DNA of 56,510 nucleotides from a virus (Duplodnaviria; Caudoviricetes): IMG/VR virus record IMGVR_UViG_3300042549_004468, positions 1 to 56,510 of that record; one strand, 5' to 3'. Shown piece by piece: positions 38,554 to 47,990 of this stretch (position 1 is its first letter; each line of letters starts with the position of its first letter). The notes under the pieces were generated by a model. It saw only the letters and a program-made list of their open reading frames with translations, ran no database searches and was not told where the DNA came from. The position numbers and the translations under genes were made by a program.

Positions 38554-38620
38554 AAAAAGGAAACCCTCCTTTTATAGAGGGTCTGTCAATGGATACTATC
38601 CAGAGAGAGGTTTCCTTTTA
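38554..38620 (-). terminator. Terminator-like element with nested/alternative stems
   Basis: ACCCTC..GAGGGT-TTCCTTTTT hairpin, outer AAAAGGAAACC/GGTTTCCTTTT and inner TGGATA/TATCCA. Confidence 0.6.
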
Positions 38621-39646
38621 GTAGTCGAGCTTAACTTTAATTAAAGCTTCACGATTAAAAGACTTCAACAAAGGTTTGCTTAATTTAGCAACTGCTAACA
38701 GTTGGTTTGAGTCATCATACATACCAATAGTTGTAATGTATACACTTGGATTACGTAGCATGCTTGAGTGCAAGAATGTTCCAGTACTACCAGTTACAAA
38801 TGTTGGATTATTTGAGAAGTTAAATTGTTTATTAGTTACTCTTACAAAAAAGTGTGTCGATGTTATTTTTTCTTCACTTCTTGCTTGAAAGTAGGTTGAA
38901 CCTGATACTCTTAGTGACATAGTCACATGATTACGAGCTTGAACTGCTGATGCAGAGTTGAATGGCATACCTAAGTTAGCTCTTAACAATCCAGCATGGA
39001 ATACAAAAACACCTTGATCTGGATAAAATAAACCATACTGAGTACTTGATTGAGTTACTCCACCTGATCCACTATATATACCAAATACACGACCTGCTTC
39101 GTTGATAGTTGGGTTTTCTCCTGCACCACTAGCATCGATGAAAGTTGAATAGCTTGAAATAAAGCCTGTTGATCCGCTTCCTAATCTCAATTCCCAATTG
39201 CCTGGATCAACTTTTTGACGAAAGCGTGATCTTGCTATGTTAATAGCTATAATTTCTTTTGAATCAACTCCACCAAAGCTGAAAACACTATCAGTTGGAG
39301 GTAAGAGCATGTTACGATATTGTGAATAAATTGCACGTGATGGTGTATCATTTGCATTATTACCTACTGTATTAGCATCTCCTACAGAACCACTTCCATC
39401 TTTATTACCATAAGCTAATGCAAATTGAATTGCAGCATTGGCATCTGATTGTGGATTCCTATGATAAATGTTCATGTAGTAATCTCCTGATTGAGATAAT
39501 TGAGCTGACGAAGTAAAGAATCCAATACCACTTGCAGCGCTTGCGCTATATGGATTCATATTCTCAGACCATATTGGTTGAGAGATTGTTTGAGCATCTC
39601 CTGCTACTATGTCATCTGCTGTAAAAGCTTTATATATATCTGCCAT
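38618..39646 (-). CDS. Baseplate/tail structural protein
   Basis: C-terminal ITTIGMYDDSNQLLAVAKLSKP is paralogous to the downstream gene. Confidence 0.65.
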   Translation of the reverse strand: MADIYKAFTADDIVAGDAQTISQPIWSENMNPYSASAASGIGFFTSSAQLSQSGDYYMNIYHRNPQSDANAAIQFALAYGNKDGSGSVGDANTVGNNANDTPSRAIYSQYRNMLLPPTDSVFSFGGVDSKEIIAINIARSRFRQKVDPGNWELRLGSGSTGFISSYSTFIDASGAGENPTINEAGRVFGIYSGSGGVTQSSTQYGLFYPDQGVFVFHAGLLRANLGMPFNSASAVQARNHVTMSLRVSGSTYFQARSEEKITSTHFFVRVTNKQFNFSNNPTFVTGSTGTFLHSSMLRNPSVYITTIGMYDDSNQLLAVAKLSKPLLKSFNREALIKVKLDY

Positions 39647-39665
39647 TGTTTATTGTTTGTCGTGG

Positions 39666-40355
39666 TTATTGTAACGTGTCAGTGTTAGGAGCAACGTTTT
39701 GTACTAAAAAGTTAGTTGGGTCTACTGTTACAGATATTGTTTTAAATCCACCAGTTTCATTTCCTATTATGGTTAGCAAAGCACGTACAATTCTTGTAGT
39801 ATTTGCCTGTTGCTTAGGGGTAACAATAAACTTAGTACCAGTTCTAACAATTGTTTTTCCTGCTGTAGTTACATCACCTAGGAAGGTTGATGCTGCATTT
39901 GTAGTACCTGTTACAGCACCATCAGGAGCAACTTCTAAGCTAGCAACTGTATCATCTGATAGAATTACTGTGTATCCCAAAGTACTATTGGCACCAGCCA
40001 TGTTTGTTGTTGATGGTGTAATTGTTGTAGAATTTAACAACGATGTAAATGAGATAGCAGAAGGAGATACGCTAATTACTGGGATGCCTGTAGCATCTTT
40101 TGGTAAAGTTACTAGCTTGTATCGGAGCATTTGAGTTTCATCAGGCAATGCCTCTAATACTGGCATATTTTCAATTACAGCACCATAGTAGTTTGTTCCT
40201 AAAGTGTGTGCTGGATTCCAGAGATCATAATCGATCTCATCGTCGCTCAAAGCAAACTTTGTTACGTTTAATTGGCCACCGCTTGCTAACACTTCGCGAC
40301 CTTTGTTTGTTAATATTGCGTCTACGGTAACGCTTGAATTATCTAAATAGCCCAT
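39666..40355 (-). CDS. Baseplate/tail-collar-like structural protein
   Basis: ILTNKGREVLA...VTKFALSD resembles tail-collar/fibre-attachment N-termini. Confidence 0.6.
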   Translation of the reverse strand: MGYLDNSSVTVDAILTNKGREVLASGGQLNVTKFALSDDEIDYDLWNPAHTLGTNYYGAVIENMPVLEALPDETQMLRYKLVTLPKDATGIPVISVSPSAISFTSLLNSTTITPSTTNMAGANSTLGYTVILSDDTVASLEVAPDGAVTGTTNAASTFLGDVTTAGKTIVRTGTKFIVTPKQQANTTRIVRALLTIIGNETGGFKTISVTVDPTNFLVQNVAPNTDTLQ

Positions 40356-40371
40356 TTTTTGTTTGTTTATA

Positions 40372-40379
40372 TATAAATA
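40372..40379 (-). promoter_or_regulatory. Putative late promoter TATTTATA
   Basis: 16 nt upstream of ATG at 40355. Confidence 0.7.
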
Positions 40380-40415
40380 TGTTGTGTTTTATAATTATGT
40401 GTAATATTGCTAAAA

Positions 40416-43400
40416 TTACCCTATAGGTCGTGTAGTTGTTTCACCAGGCCTATTTGTATTTGTTGATAATATTCCTCTTGTACTTGGTTGAACGCTTAAT
40501 TGTCTACCTCCTCCAACTGTTACCACTACTACTGGTCCTCTATCTATTGTGTCTGGACTATTTACATTCCAATCGGCTGAGGTCATTTTACAACCATCAT
40601 AGCGAGCATTTCTCATACCATAACTATCTCTTAAATGAAAATCTTGTGCTTGTGCTCTGTAATTTAAACATTCAACACTTACTGATTTAATGTAGCTTTG
40701 ATGTGCAGCTGTTCCATCAGTATACATTCTAAAACCTAACCATGGACCTACGGCTAGTGTGTTATATGTGTATGTTGTTTCTGTTGTAGATGGCACGATT
40801 GATGCGGTTAATATACAATCTAAATTACCAAAATGCAACTCTAATCTATCTGTTGGTGTAGCTGATGTTTTTGCTACAGTAACTGACACTTTGTACTGAT
40901 AGTTTATTGCTTTAGGACTAGCTGCATCATAAAAAAATGCTGGTAGTTTAACTGATGCTGTGTAAGATTGTATTGCTGTGTTTTCAAAGTACAATCCTAG
41001 ACTTCCAGTAAGTCCCCAAAATCCAGTAGTGCTGTAGGGTGTTGATTGTGCAACATTTGCAATAGATAGAGAGTCAATTCGCAAGCCATATAGGTTTGTC
41101 CAGTTATTCTCATATAGTGCTGATGAAGCTGTGTATACTGTTGTGTAGCTGCTTAGTGAACCCGATTTATACGTATTAAAGTTGGTAAACGCTTTTCTGA
41201 AATATATATCAGTGTCGTATACGTCGTTGGTTATATTTGAGAGTCTGCTAGTCGTATTATCCATAATTGTTGGACTATACGGCTCAAAGTAATCATATCT
41301 GCTGGCGGTTACTAGATATGGTTCAGATCTTACTAGGTCTGTTGAGCTGTATGTAGAGGTGCCATATATTGCAGTTCCATATAGACTCACAAATGCACTT
41401 TGACTTGTCATATAAGTCATGAAAATGTATTTAGAACCTTCTACTCTAGTATCGCGACCGTAGCTTGATATTCCCAAATCAACTGTTCCTGTTAAGCTGC
41501 TGGCTTCCGATGGATTGCTAGTTATTCCTGTGTTGTTAAATTCGTTAGCTGTTCCTGATAATGTTGTATACTTTTCTCCTAGTGTTCCTTCGGCAACAGC
41601 AAAGTCTTCACCAGATATTGGTATCAACTCCTCTGTAATGATTCCTTCTGGAACATATCCCGTACCATCTCTAAAAGGCTCACCATCACCATCTTGCACA
41701 AAACCACCTACGGTATATATGTCAGGAATCACTATGGATGCTGAATAGTGAAGTTCCTCAGAGGCTGGTGGTCTTGTTGGTACTTTGCTTCTTTGTAATA
41801 TGGTTGGCTCTATAACCAAACCAACTTGAGTATTAGCTCTATAAGGTACAAAGTTTTTAATGAGCTTAAATAAAGCTGCATCAAAGTTTTTTAATAATCT
41901 AATATAGTTTTGAGCACCAGCCCTTCTGGTGTATTTTTTAAAATACTCTCTTTGTAATTTTTCTAAGTCAGGATAAACCTCATTACTTAGGTCTGCTGGA
42001 TTTCCAATAAAATCATCGACACTAAGACCTCCAAATTGCTCTGCAATGTCTTGATTGATTTCATTTAGTGGTGATAAATACACTCCTAAACGAGGACTAT
42101 CAATTGGACTATTATCGGATAATGCAACTTCAGTTTTAGTATTTCTATAAAGTTGATTATCATTATTTGATGTCGTTGTATCAATCTTAATTTTATTGCT
42201 TACACTCCTATTACCACCTAGATCTGGCCACTCAAGTGAATGGATTTCTACAACAGGATTAAAATAAGATCCTGAAAAGTTATAAAATGAACCACTCAAA
42301 CTGTTTCTAGTTTGGTCTGGATGTTGTGAAGCTAAGCTGCTAGTAGTTACTAGATTGATCTTTTTATTATCAGCTCCTAAACATAGTCTAAATCCTAAAT
42401 CATAAAAACTAGAAGTACTACCCGTATAGGTGTCTGCTAGGTTTCCTTGAAAGCTTGTAGGTGTTAATGCATGATTATCTAATATGGCATCTTGTAGAGG
42501 TGTTGTCCAATATCTTAATTCTTGAACACTTCCTGATAAGATGTTCATTGATTGTGAAGTAGCTGCCAAAAACGAACCAGATCCTGGAATCCATAGACTA
42601 CCTGTTGCTGTGTAGGATGTGTTATAGGAACTGCTTGTAGCTCCGTCAATATATAAAGAGGCTGTTTGAGTTGAAGTTACTTTTAGATAATTTACTTTTT
42701 TAACAATTAAGTTATAAGTTTGGTTTGTTGCACTATTATCACTTGCTACAGATCTTTCTAAAGCAATGTGGTGAAATGTGCTATCATATATAGAAGAACT
42801 AACGCTTGCTGTTGCCCAACCTTGAGAGCCACTTAAGTAAAATCCTATATAATTGTTGCTTGCACTTTGAAATGCTTGTACTTTCCATTTATCTGGAACT
42901 TCAAAAATAGTTTGAGTCTTAGATTGACTTACTGCCATTTTGACTCTCAGTTCTACTGTTGACGGCATTAAGCCATTTGATAGAGTTGTCCAAGGAGCTG
43001 ATATGAGTTGTGCTACTTGCCCAGAAGTTTTTCCGTTATATCCTACTGTTGTTGAGTAAAAAAACCTCTCGTATTGTAAGTCTGTTTTAGTTTCAAAACT
43101 TGCTTCTGCTCCTCCATATTCACGAATACGTAAAATGGTTTGTGGAATACCAAAACAATTAATTAAAGCTCTTACACTTCTTTCTGTACCTCTTGTTTTT
43201 AGTAAGTATGGTAAGTTATTTACAATTCGTTTCCAAATCTCTTTTGTCTTATCTTCAGTACTTACTGCAAATGTTGAGGATAGTGATCCTGTTGTGTCTG
43301 TTCCTAACGTATAGCTCCACAACTCATCAATAGATGATCCATTTTCAAAATCTACTCCTAAGTTTCTAGAAACGTGATAAACTAACTCTTTACTGAAACC

Positions 43401-44954
43401 TTCTAAAATAGACTCCTGTCTGTCAGTGTTTTTGTTTAACTGCTTAACATATGTAAACATTAAATCAAAATAGTGACCAATCATCTGCGTAAACAGTACA
43501 TACTGATCGTTGTTTGGATCACTTATGATGTGTGCTGGTATTAATCGGTATAGTGCATTGTTGTTATTCTGATCATGCACACTTGCTGAAGTGATTATTC
43601 CATCAAACCAGTCTTCTACTTGTGATGATGTATATGAATAGTTTACGTACGGTTTTGTGCTGTTTATCTTTGGCCAAGTAGTTGGATAAAACTCACCATA
43701 ACTACTAGATTCATAGCTACTTGATTCATTTAGTAGGTATTTTTCATACCCATCCATCGATCCTAATAGTGCTGCTCTTTTGGTCTGAGCATCTACTACA
43801 TTGCTTTGATAGTATATACTACCTGATGCGCTACCACTCAGTAATCCAGATAAACCAGTTGTTAGTGCTTGTATTCTACTATCGTAGTTTTCTAATAACT
43901 GTACTTTATATTTAAAATTTTGTAGTCGTTCTGTGGCTGATCCAAAGTGAGTATGATTCTCAAACTTTCTGTAATCTACATTTAAAGCTATTCCTTCTAA
44001 GAAAGAACTGCTCAACATTTTGTTTATAATGCCTTGAGAGGTTTGAGTGTTTGTTGTTAAAATATCATCCCAATCTTTGTATTGTGTAGCTATCCCAGTT
44101 GTTTGTTTGGTATTTATATCCCAATTAGGTCCTGCTATTACAATTTTATTTCCTTGATTTTTAGGAGGTATAATAGTTATAGAGTCATTAATAGGATCGC
44201 TAACTTGTTGAGCTAACCATAAAAAAGTTCCTACATTAATTCCTGCTGGTGCAGGTGCATTCAATTTAAAAATTATACTATAAGGAGAGTCGCTTACTGT
44301 TATGTAGTCTTGAACATAGTCAAATACTCTCAGACCAGTAGTAGCATCTTTAAATAAAAACAGGTTTACTAATGTTTCTGTTTTTAAAAGATTAAAAAAG
44401 TCTCTCCCAAAGAAGTTAATAAAATCAACATTATTGTATGTGCTAGATAAAACAGGAACTACGCGTATTTCTAGTCCATCAGCACTAATCTCTTGTATTC
44501 TTAGTTTTTGTGTATCACCGGATCCTAATAAATTTCTATGAAAGTTGTACTGAACTTTATATTTTCCAGAAATGTAACCCGAACCACTTAGATCTGTTTC
44601 TGGGTCTAGTGTTATGTTGTTTCCTGTCTGTGAGTAAGAACTAACTCTAAAGTTTGTCTCTAAATACTGATCGTTGTTGTTATATATGTCTAGAGTGACA
44701 ACGTCGTTTGGGTATAAAATGCTTGCAGTATTTTGACCTCCAACCTGAGCATAGTTTGTTGTTGGGTTTGAATAGATTCCAAAAGGAGTAACTGTTGTTA
44801 CTAGTTGAACTGTTGGTACTAGATCTTGTGCTTGAGTATTAAGTGCAGAAGCGCTACCTACTAGTAACTCACTGCCTGCTGGAGCAGCACCTAATGTAAA
44901 GCCACCTACTGTTGACTGGCTTAGCTCTGATGTATTCAATCCTTCTGTAGGCAT
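40416..44954 (-). CDS. Large baseplate wedge protein (gp7 / P2 gpI-like core + LamG-like domain)
   Basis: NNLPYLLKTRGTERSVRALINCFG wedge motif; FHHIAL...GSVQELRYW LamG-like. Confidence 0.65.
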   Translation of the reverse strand: MPTEGLNTSELSQSTVGGFTLGAAPAGSELLVGSASALNTQAQDLVPTVQLVTTVTPFGIYSNPTTNYAQVGGQNTASILYPNDVVTLDIYNNNDQYLETNFRVSSYSQTGNNITLDPETDLSGSGYISGKYKVQYNFHRNLLGSGDTQKLRIQEISADGLEIRVVPVLSSTYNNVDFINFFGRDFFNLLKTETLVNLFLFKDATTGLRVFDYVQDYITVSDSPYSIIFKLNAPAPAGINVGTFLWLAQQVSDPINDSITIIPPKNQGNKIVIAGPNWDINTKQTTGIATQYKDWDDILTTNTQTSQGIINKMLSSSFLEGIALNVDYRKFENHTHFGSATERLQNFKYKVQLLENYDSRIQALTTGLSGLLSGSASGSIYYQSNVVDAQTKRAALLGSMDGYEKYLLNESSSYESSSYGEFYPTTWPKINSTKPYVNYSYTSSQVEDWFDGIITSASVHDQNNNNALYRLIPAHIISDPNNDQYVLFTQMIGHYFDLMFTYVKQLNKNTDRQESILEGFSKELVYHVSRNLGVDFENGSSIDELWSYTLGTDTTGSLSSTFAVSTEDKTKEIWKRIVNNLPYLLKTRGTERSVRALINCFGIPQTILRIREYGGAEASFETKTDLQYERFFYSTTVGYNGKTSGQVAQLISAPWTTLSNGLMPSTVELRVKMAVSQSKTQTIFEVPDKWKVQAFQSASNNYIGFYLSGSQGWATASVSSSIYDSTFHHIALERSVASDNSATNQTYNLIVKKVNYLKVTSTQTASLYIDGATSSSYNTSYTATGSLWIPGSGSFLAATSQSMNILSGSVQELRYWTTPLQDAILDNHALTPTSFQGNLADTYTGSTSSFYDLGFRLCLGADNKKINLVTTSSLASQHPDQTRNSLSGSFYNFSGSYFNPVVEIHSLEWPDLGGNRSVSNKIKIDTTTSNNDNQLYRNTKTEVALSDNSPIDSPRLGVYLSPLNEINQDIAEQFGGLSVDDFIGNPADLSNEVYPDLEKLQREYFKKYTRRAGAQNYIRLLKNFDAALFKLIKNFVPYRANTQVGLVIEPTILQRSKVPTRPPASEELHYSASIVIPDIYTVGGFVQDGDGEPFRDGTGYVPEGIITEELIPISGEDFAVAEGTLGEKYTTLSGTANEFNNTGITSNPSEASSLTGTVDLGISSYGRDTRVEGSKYIFMTYMTSQSAFVSLYGTAIYGTSTYSSTDLVRSEPYLVTASRYDYFEPYSPTIMDNTTSRLSNITNDVYDTDIYFRKAFTNFNTYKSGSLSSYTTVYTASSALYENNWTNLYGLRIDSLSIANVAQSTPYSTTGFWGLTGSLGLYFENTAIQSYTASVKLPAFFYDAASPKAINYQYKVSVTVAKTSATPTDRLELHFGNLDCILTASIVPSTTETTYTYNTLAVGPWLGFRMYTDGTAAHQSYIKSVSVECLNYRAQAQDFHLRDSYGMRNARYDGCKMTSADWNVNSPDTIDRGPVVVVTVGGGRQLSVQPSTRGILSTNTNRPGETTTRPIG

Positions 44955-44963
44955 CTATTTTAG

Positions 44964-44971
44964 TATAAATA
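44964..44971 (-). promoter_or_regulatory. Putative late promoter TATTTATA
   Basis: 9 nt upstream of ATG at 44954. Confidence 0.7.
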
Positions 44972-45005
44972 TAGTGAAATAAAACTTCTGATACACTAAG
45001 TTAGC

Positions 45006-47975
45006 CTATAATTCAGGTAGCTCTGTAGGGAATATTAAATTGTATGAAAATTCAGGTGCATCGGCTGAATTAAATGCACTAGGGTTTAGGTATTTTTCTT
45101 TTTGTAATCCTAAAACAGTTGCACTTGCTGGTGGTAAGTAGTAGCTTGGGTACTTTGGTGATTTCTCAAAGCTATTAGCAGCTACTAAATATTTCATTGA
45201 CGTTATACCACATCTTGGATTTCCATATTCAACTAATCTACTACTATAACCGGTTGATTGACCATACTCATCACTGTATATCTCTGAGCTTGTCCATCCT
45301 TTAGTTTGTGGACTATTGTCGTCAATGATAGTTGACTTGTGATCAAATAATACAGTAATCTGTACAGATCTTGTTTTTTTAGGTATAGCTGCTGTTAGTT
45401 CAACTCCGAACATTGCAGCTGCTCCAAAATCATAAACTGCTTTATAGCTGTTTTGTGAGTACAAACCTCCTTGTGGATTTACGTTTTTATTGTTTGGCGG
45501 ATAAGCTCCTCCATAAGTTTTAAAATCGTATTTGTTCATTAAGAACTTTGCATTTACGTCTCTAATTTGATCATTAGCTCCATCGTAACCGTAGAAATAA
45601 GCTTGGCCAAGATCAGGAAAATACCGATCAAGACCAATAGATGATGATGTTATTTTATTGCCTTCTTGTAGGCTACCTGTTCCTCTAGATAAAGGACCAT
45701 CTCCCTTTCCTACATTTAACAAATTAAAGAAGGCTCCTAAAGTAAACGTGTCTGTGTACTTTTGGTCAAATACCTTTATTGTATTGTTTTCGTTTGGTTT
45801 TACAAACTCAAAGAGAGGATACAAGGTTAATGGAAAGTACACCTTTTCTTTAACTGCCCATACAGTTTGCTCATCTGGTCCGTTTATTGTATCGGTTTTT
45901 ATAACGCTACCTTCACTATCCAGATAAGTAATTTGTACTTTTGTTTGATCGTCTAGTACTGGTACTATCTCAATATCAGAGTATGCATTGATTTTTCTTT
46001 TTCTTGCTTCTTGTGCTACATATGCAGCAGTTCTTTCTAGATCCCATACGAATCGAGCTTTTTTTAAGTCGTTTGTTATGTTTGCGAGGCTTGAGTTTAT
46101 GTTTGGTAAAACGTTTGTTTCAATTTCAGCTATAGTATCTTTAAGAAAATTATATAAATTTCTAGTGACTAATCTTTTAAGTTCATCGGAGTCATAAGTA
46201 AATCTTTTGTTTCTTTTGTTTCCATAATAGAAATCCAAAGCTCCTCTACTTGGAGTGTATGAGAAGTTAGTATACTGATCAGTATTTCCATCTATACCTA
46301 ATGGAGGATATATACCTGTAATGCCTAGGTATCTTTCAAGTCTAAGAAAATTGCTACTCTCTTCTATATATAGCTTAGCTAAAAATTTTTTTAAATTTCC
46401 GAAACTAGTTTTTATAGCAGACCACCAAACCCATTTATCATCTGGCAAGTTTCTAGCTGCTTCGATTAAAATGTCATTAATGTTTTCTGAGCTTTCATAG
46501 TAGTCTCTCCGCTTGTTTAGATCCTCAAGTATACCTCTTAATTCAGCACGAGCATTATTCAACCTTTGTTCATCAGCTTTTGTATATGCTAGTTGAGTAC
46601 CGTTTGGTGATGACGCTTTTGCTTCACTGTAGCTTAGCCATTTTTGTTGAACCTCATCATAAAAAGAACCACTTATTACAAATGCTTCATTTGAATCAGA
46701 AACACCATCACGAAAATTAGATGCAAACATTTCAGCGTACTCTTCTGATGTACCTATATAATAGGGAAATTCCACGATTCCATCGGGTGTAGAGAGTCTT
46801 ATTTTATAATTTGTTATACCAGCTCCAACGTATGCAAAGAACTGTGAGGTAGCGTGTGTAATGCCGTATGCGTTGCCATCAATCATATCAGCTATGTCAC
46901 TTAAATCTATTGTTTGTGATAAACTTGTTTGAGCGTTTCCACCTGCACTTTTAAATTTAATTTTATCTCTCGTAAAATATGTTGGAGTTGTATCCGTTAA
47001 CTCACTTTGCAAGCTTATAATATTTTCATTTGTATTTTTATTATAAGCGTCTAACCAAGCAATCCCAGGAAAAAAACCTGCTACATCATTTGAAGTATTG
47101 TAATCTTCGTTTGGTATTATTTGTGGAATTTGTCCTTGTGAATAATATTGATCTTGATAATCTAGTATTCCATCAGCTGAAGATTTTCTGTTTATGTCTG
47201 TAAATGTTGTGTCTCTGGCAACTCGCTTTCTGTAAGATTCATTAAACATACCTGCATGAGACGTGTTTGAAAATCTAAACTCAGGTCGTATTTGTGTTGT
47301 TGTATTTGATCCAGAGTCATTGATTATCATTCCAGACAATCTAAAGCTACTAAAATTTAGAGACCTTTCTAATTCACGTTGGAAGGGTGTTACCTTTATA
47401 TCTGAATCTGCTTGCCATCCATCTAAGCCACCTTCACCACTTCCGTTAGTAATGAGGTTTTTGTATAGTTTTGGATGATCAAATGGATCTACTATATTAA
47501 GCGTAAATGGCTCTGTTTCAGTGCTTCCATACTGATTTATTACTTCACATACATATTCTCCTGATAAGAGTGGTGTACATGATTCACTTGTAATTAGGAC
47601 TGTGTTTGTACCTAGGTTGTTGTTTAAGGTATTTAAGCTCCCAATCAAAGAACCATTCAATCTCCATCTATACTGTAATTTGCTTGGTAGATTCCCGTTA
47701 GCTTGTGTTGCATAGTTTCCAGCAAATAACTCAAATGTAATTTCAGTGCCTTGTAAAGCTGTTACAATATCAGATGATGGTGTTATTTTTTGAGATCGAG
47801 AGTTGTTAGGGTTTAGTTCTAAATTGGATACCCATGTTTGTTGTGTTAGAGATGTAAGTGGTTGTAGAGTAATCTCTGGTGGTGTTGTGTTAAGCGGTAG
47901 AATAGAGAATGGACTAGTGTGATTCACGCTCTCTTGAGAGTATGTATTTAGACTTATTGTACGCTTATTGCTCAT
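45006..47975 (-). CDS. Ig-like + FBA/galactose-binding-like domain protein with a large helical insert
   Basis: YRWRLNG...SGEYVCEVINQYG; KNLITNGSGEGGLDGW; SQTIDL. Confidence 0.65.
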   Translation of the reverse strand: MSNKRTISLNTYSQESVNHTSPFSILPLNTTPPEITLQPLTSLTQQTWVSNLELNPNNSRSQKITPSSDIVTALQGTEITFELFAGNYATQANGNLPSKLQYRWRLNGSLIGSLNTLNNNLGTNTVLITSESCTPLLSGEYVCEVINQYGSTETEPFTLNIVDPFDHPKLYKNLITNGSGEGGLDGWQADSDIKVTPFQRELERSLNFSSFRLSGMIINDSGSNTTTQIRPEFRFSNTSHAGMFNESYRKRVARDTTFTDINRKSSADGILDYQDQYYSQGQIPQIIPNEDYNTSNDVAGFFPGIAWLDAYNKNTNENIISLQSELTDTTPTYFTRDKIKFKSAGGNAQTSLSQTIDLSDIADMIDGNAYGITHATSQFFAYVGAGITNYKIRLSTPDGIVEFPYYIGTSEEYAEMFASNFRDGVSDSNEAFVISGSFYDEVQQKWLSYSEAKASSPNGTQLAYTKADEQRLNNARAELRGILEDLNKRRDYYESSENINDILIEAARNLPDDKWVWWSAIKTSFGNLKKFLAKLYIEESSNFLRLERYLGITGIYPPLGIDGNTDQYTNFSYTPSRGALDFYYGNKRNKRFTYDSDELKRLVTRNLYNFLKDTIAEIETNVLPNINSSLANITNDLKKARFVWDLERTAAYVAQEARKRKINAYSDIEIVPVLDDQTKVQITYLDSEGSVIKTDTINGPDEQTVWAVKEKVYFPLTLYPLFEFVKPNENNTIKVFDQKYTDTFTLGAFFNLLNVGKGDGPLSRGTGSLQEGNKITSSSIGLDRYFPDLGQAYFYGYDGANDQIRDVNAKFLMNKYDFKTYGGAYPPNNKNVNPQGGLYSQNSYKAVYDFGAAAMFGVELTAAIPKKTRSVQITVLFDHKSTIIDDNSPQTKGWTSSEIYSDEYGQSTGYSSRLVEYGNPRCGITSMKYLVAANSFEKSPKYPSYYLPPASATVLGLQKEKYLNPSAFNSADAPEFSYNLIFPTELPEL

Positions 47976-47979
47976 CTCT

Positions 47980-47987
47980 TATAAATA
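47980..47987 (-). promoter_or_regulatory. Putative late promoter TATTTATA
   Basis: 4 nt upstream of ATG at 47975. Confidence 0.7.
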
Positions 47988-47990
47988 GCA

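Noticed and set aside
38571-38590. TTGACA...TATAAA on the - strand as a sigma70 promoter
   Set aside because: Spacer is only 7 nt.
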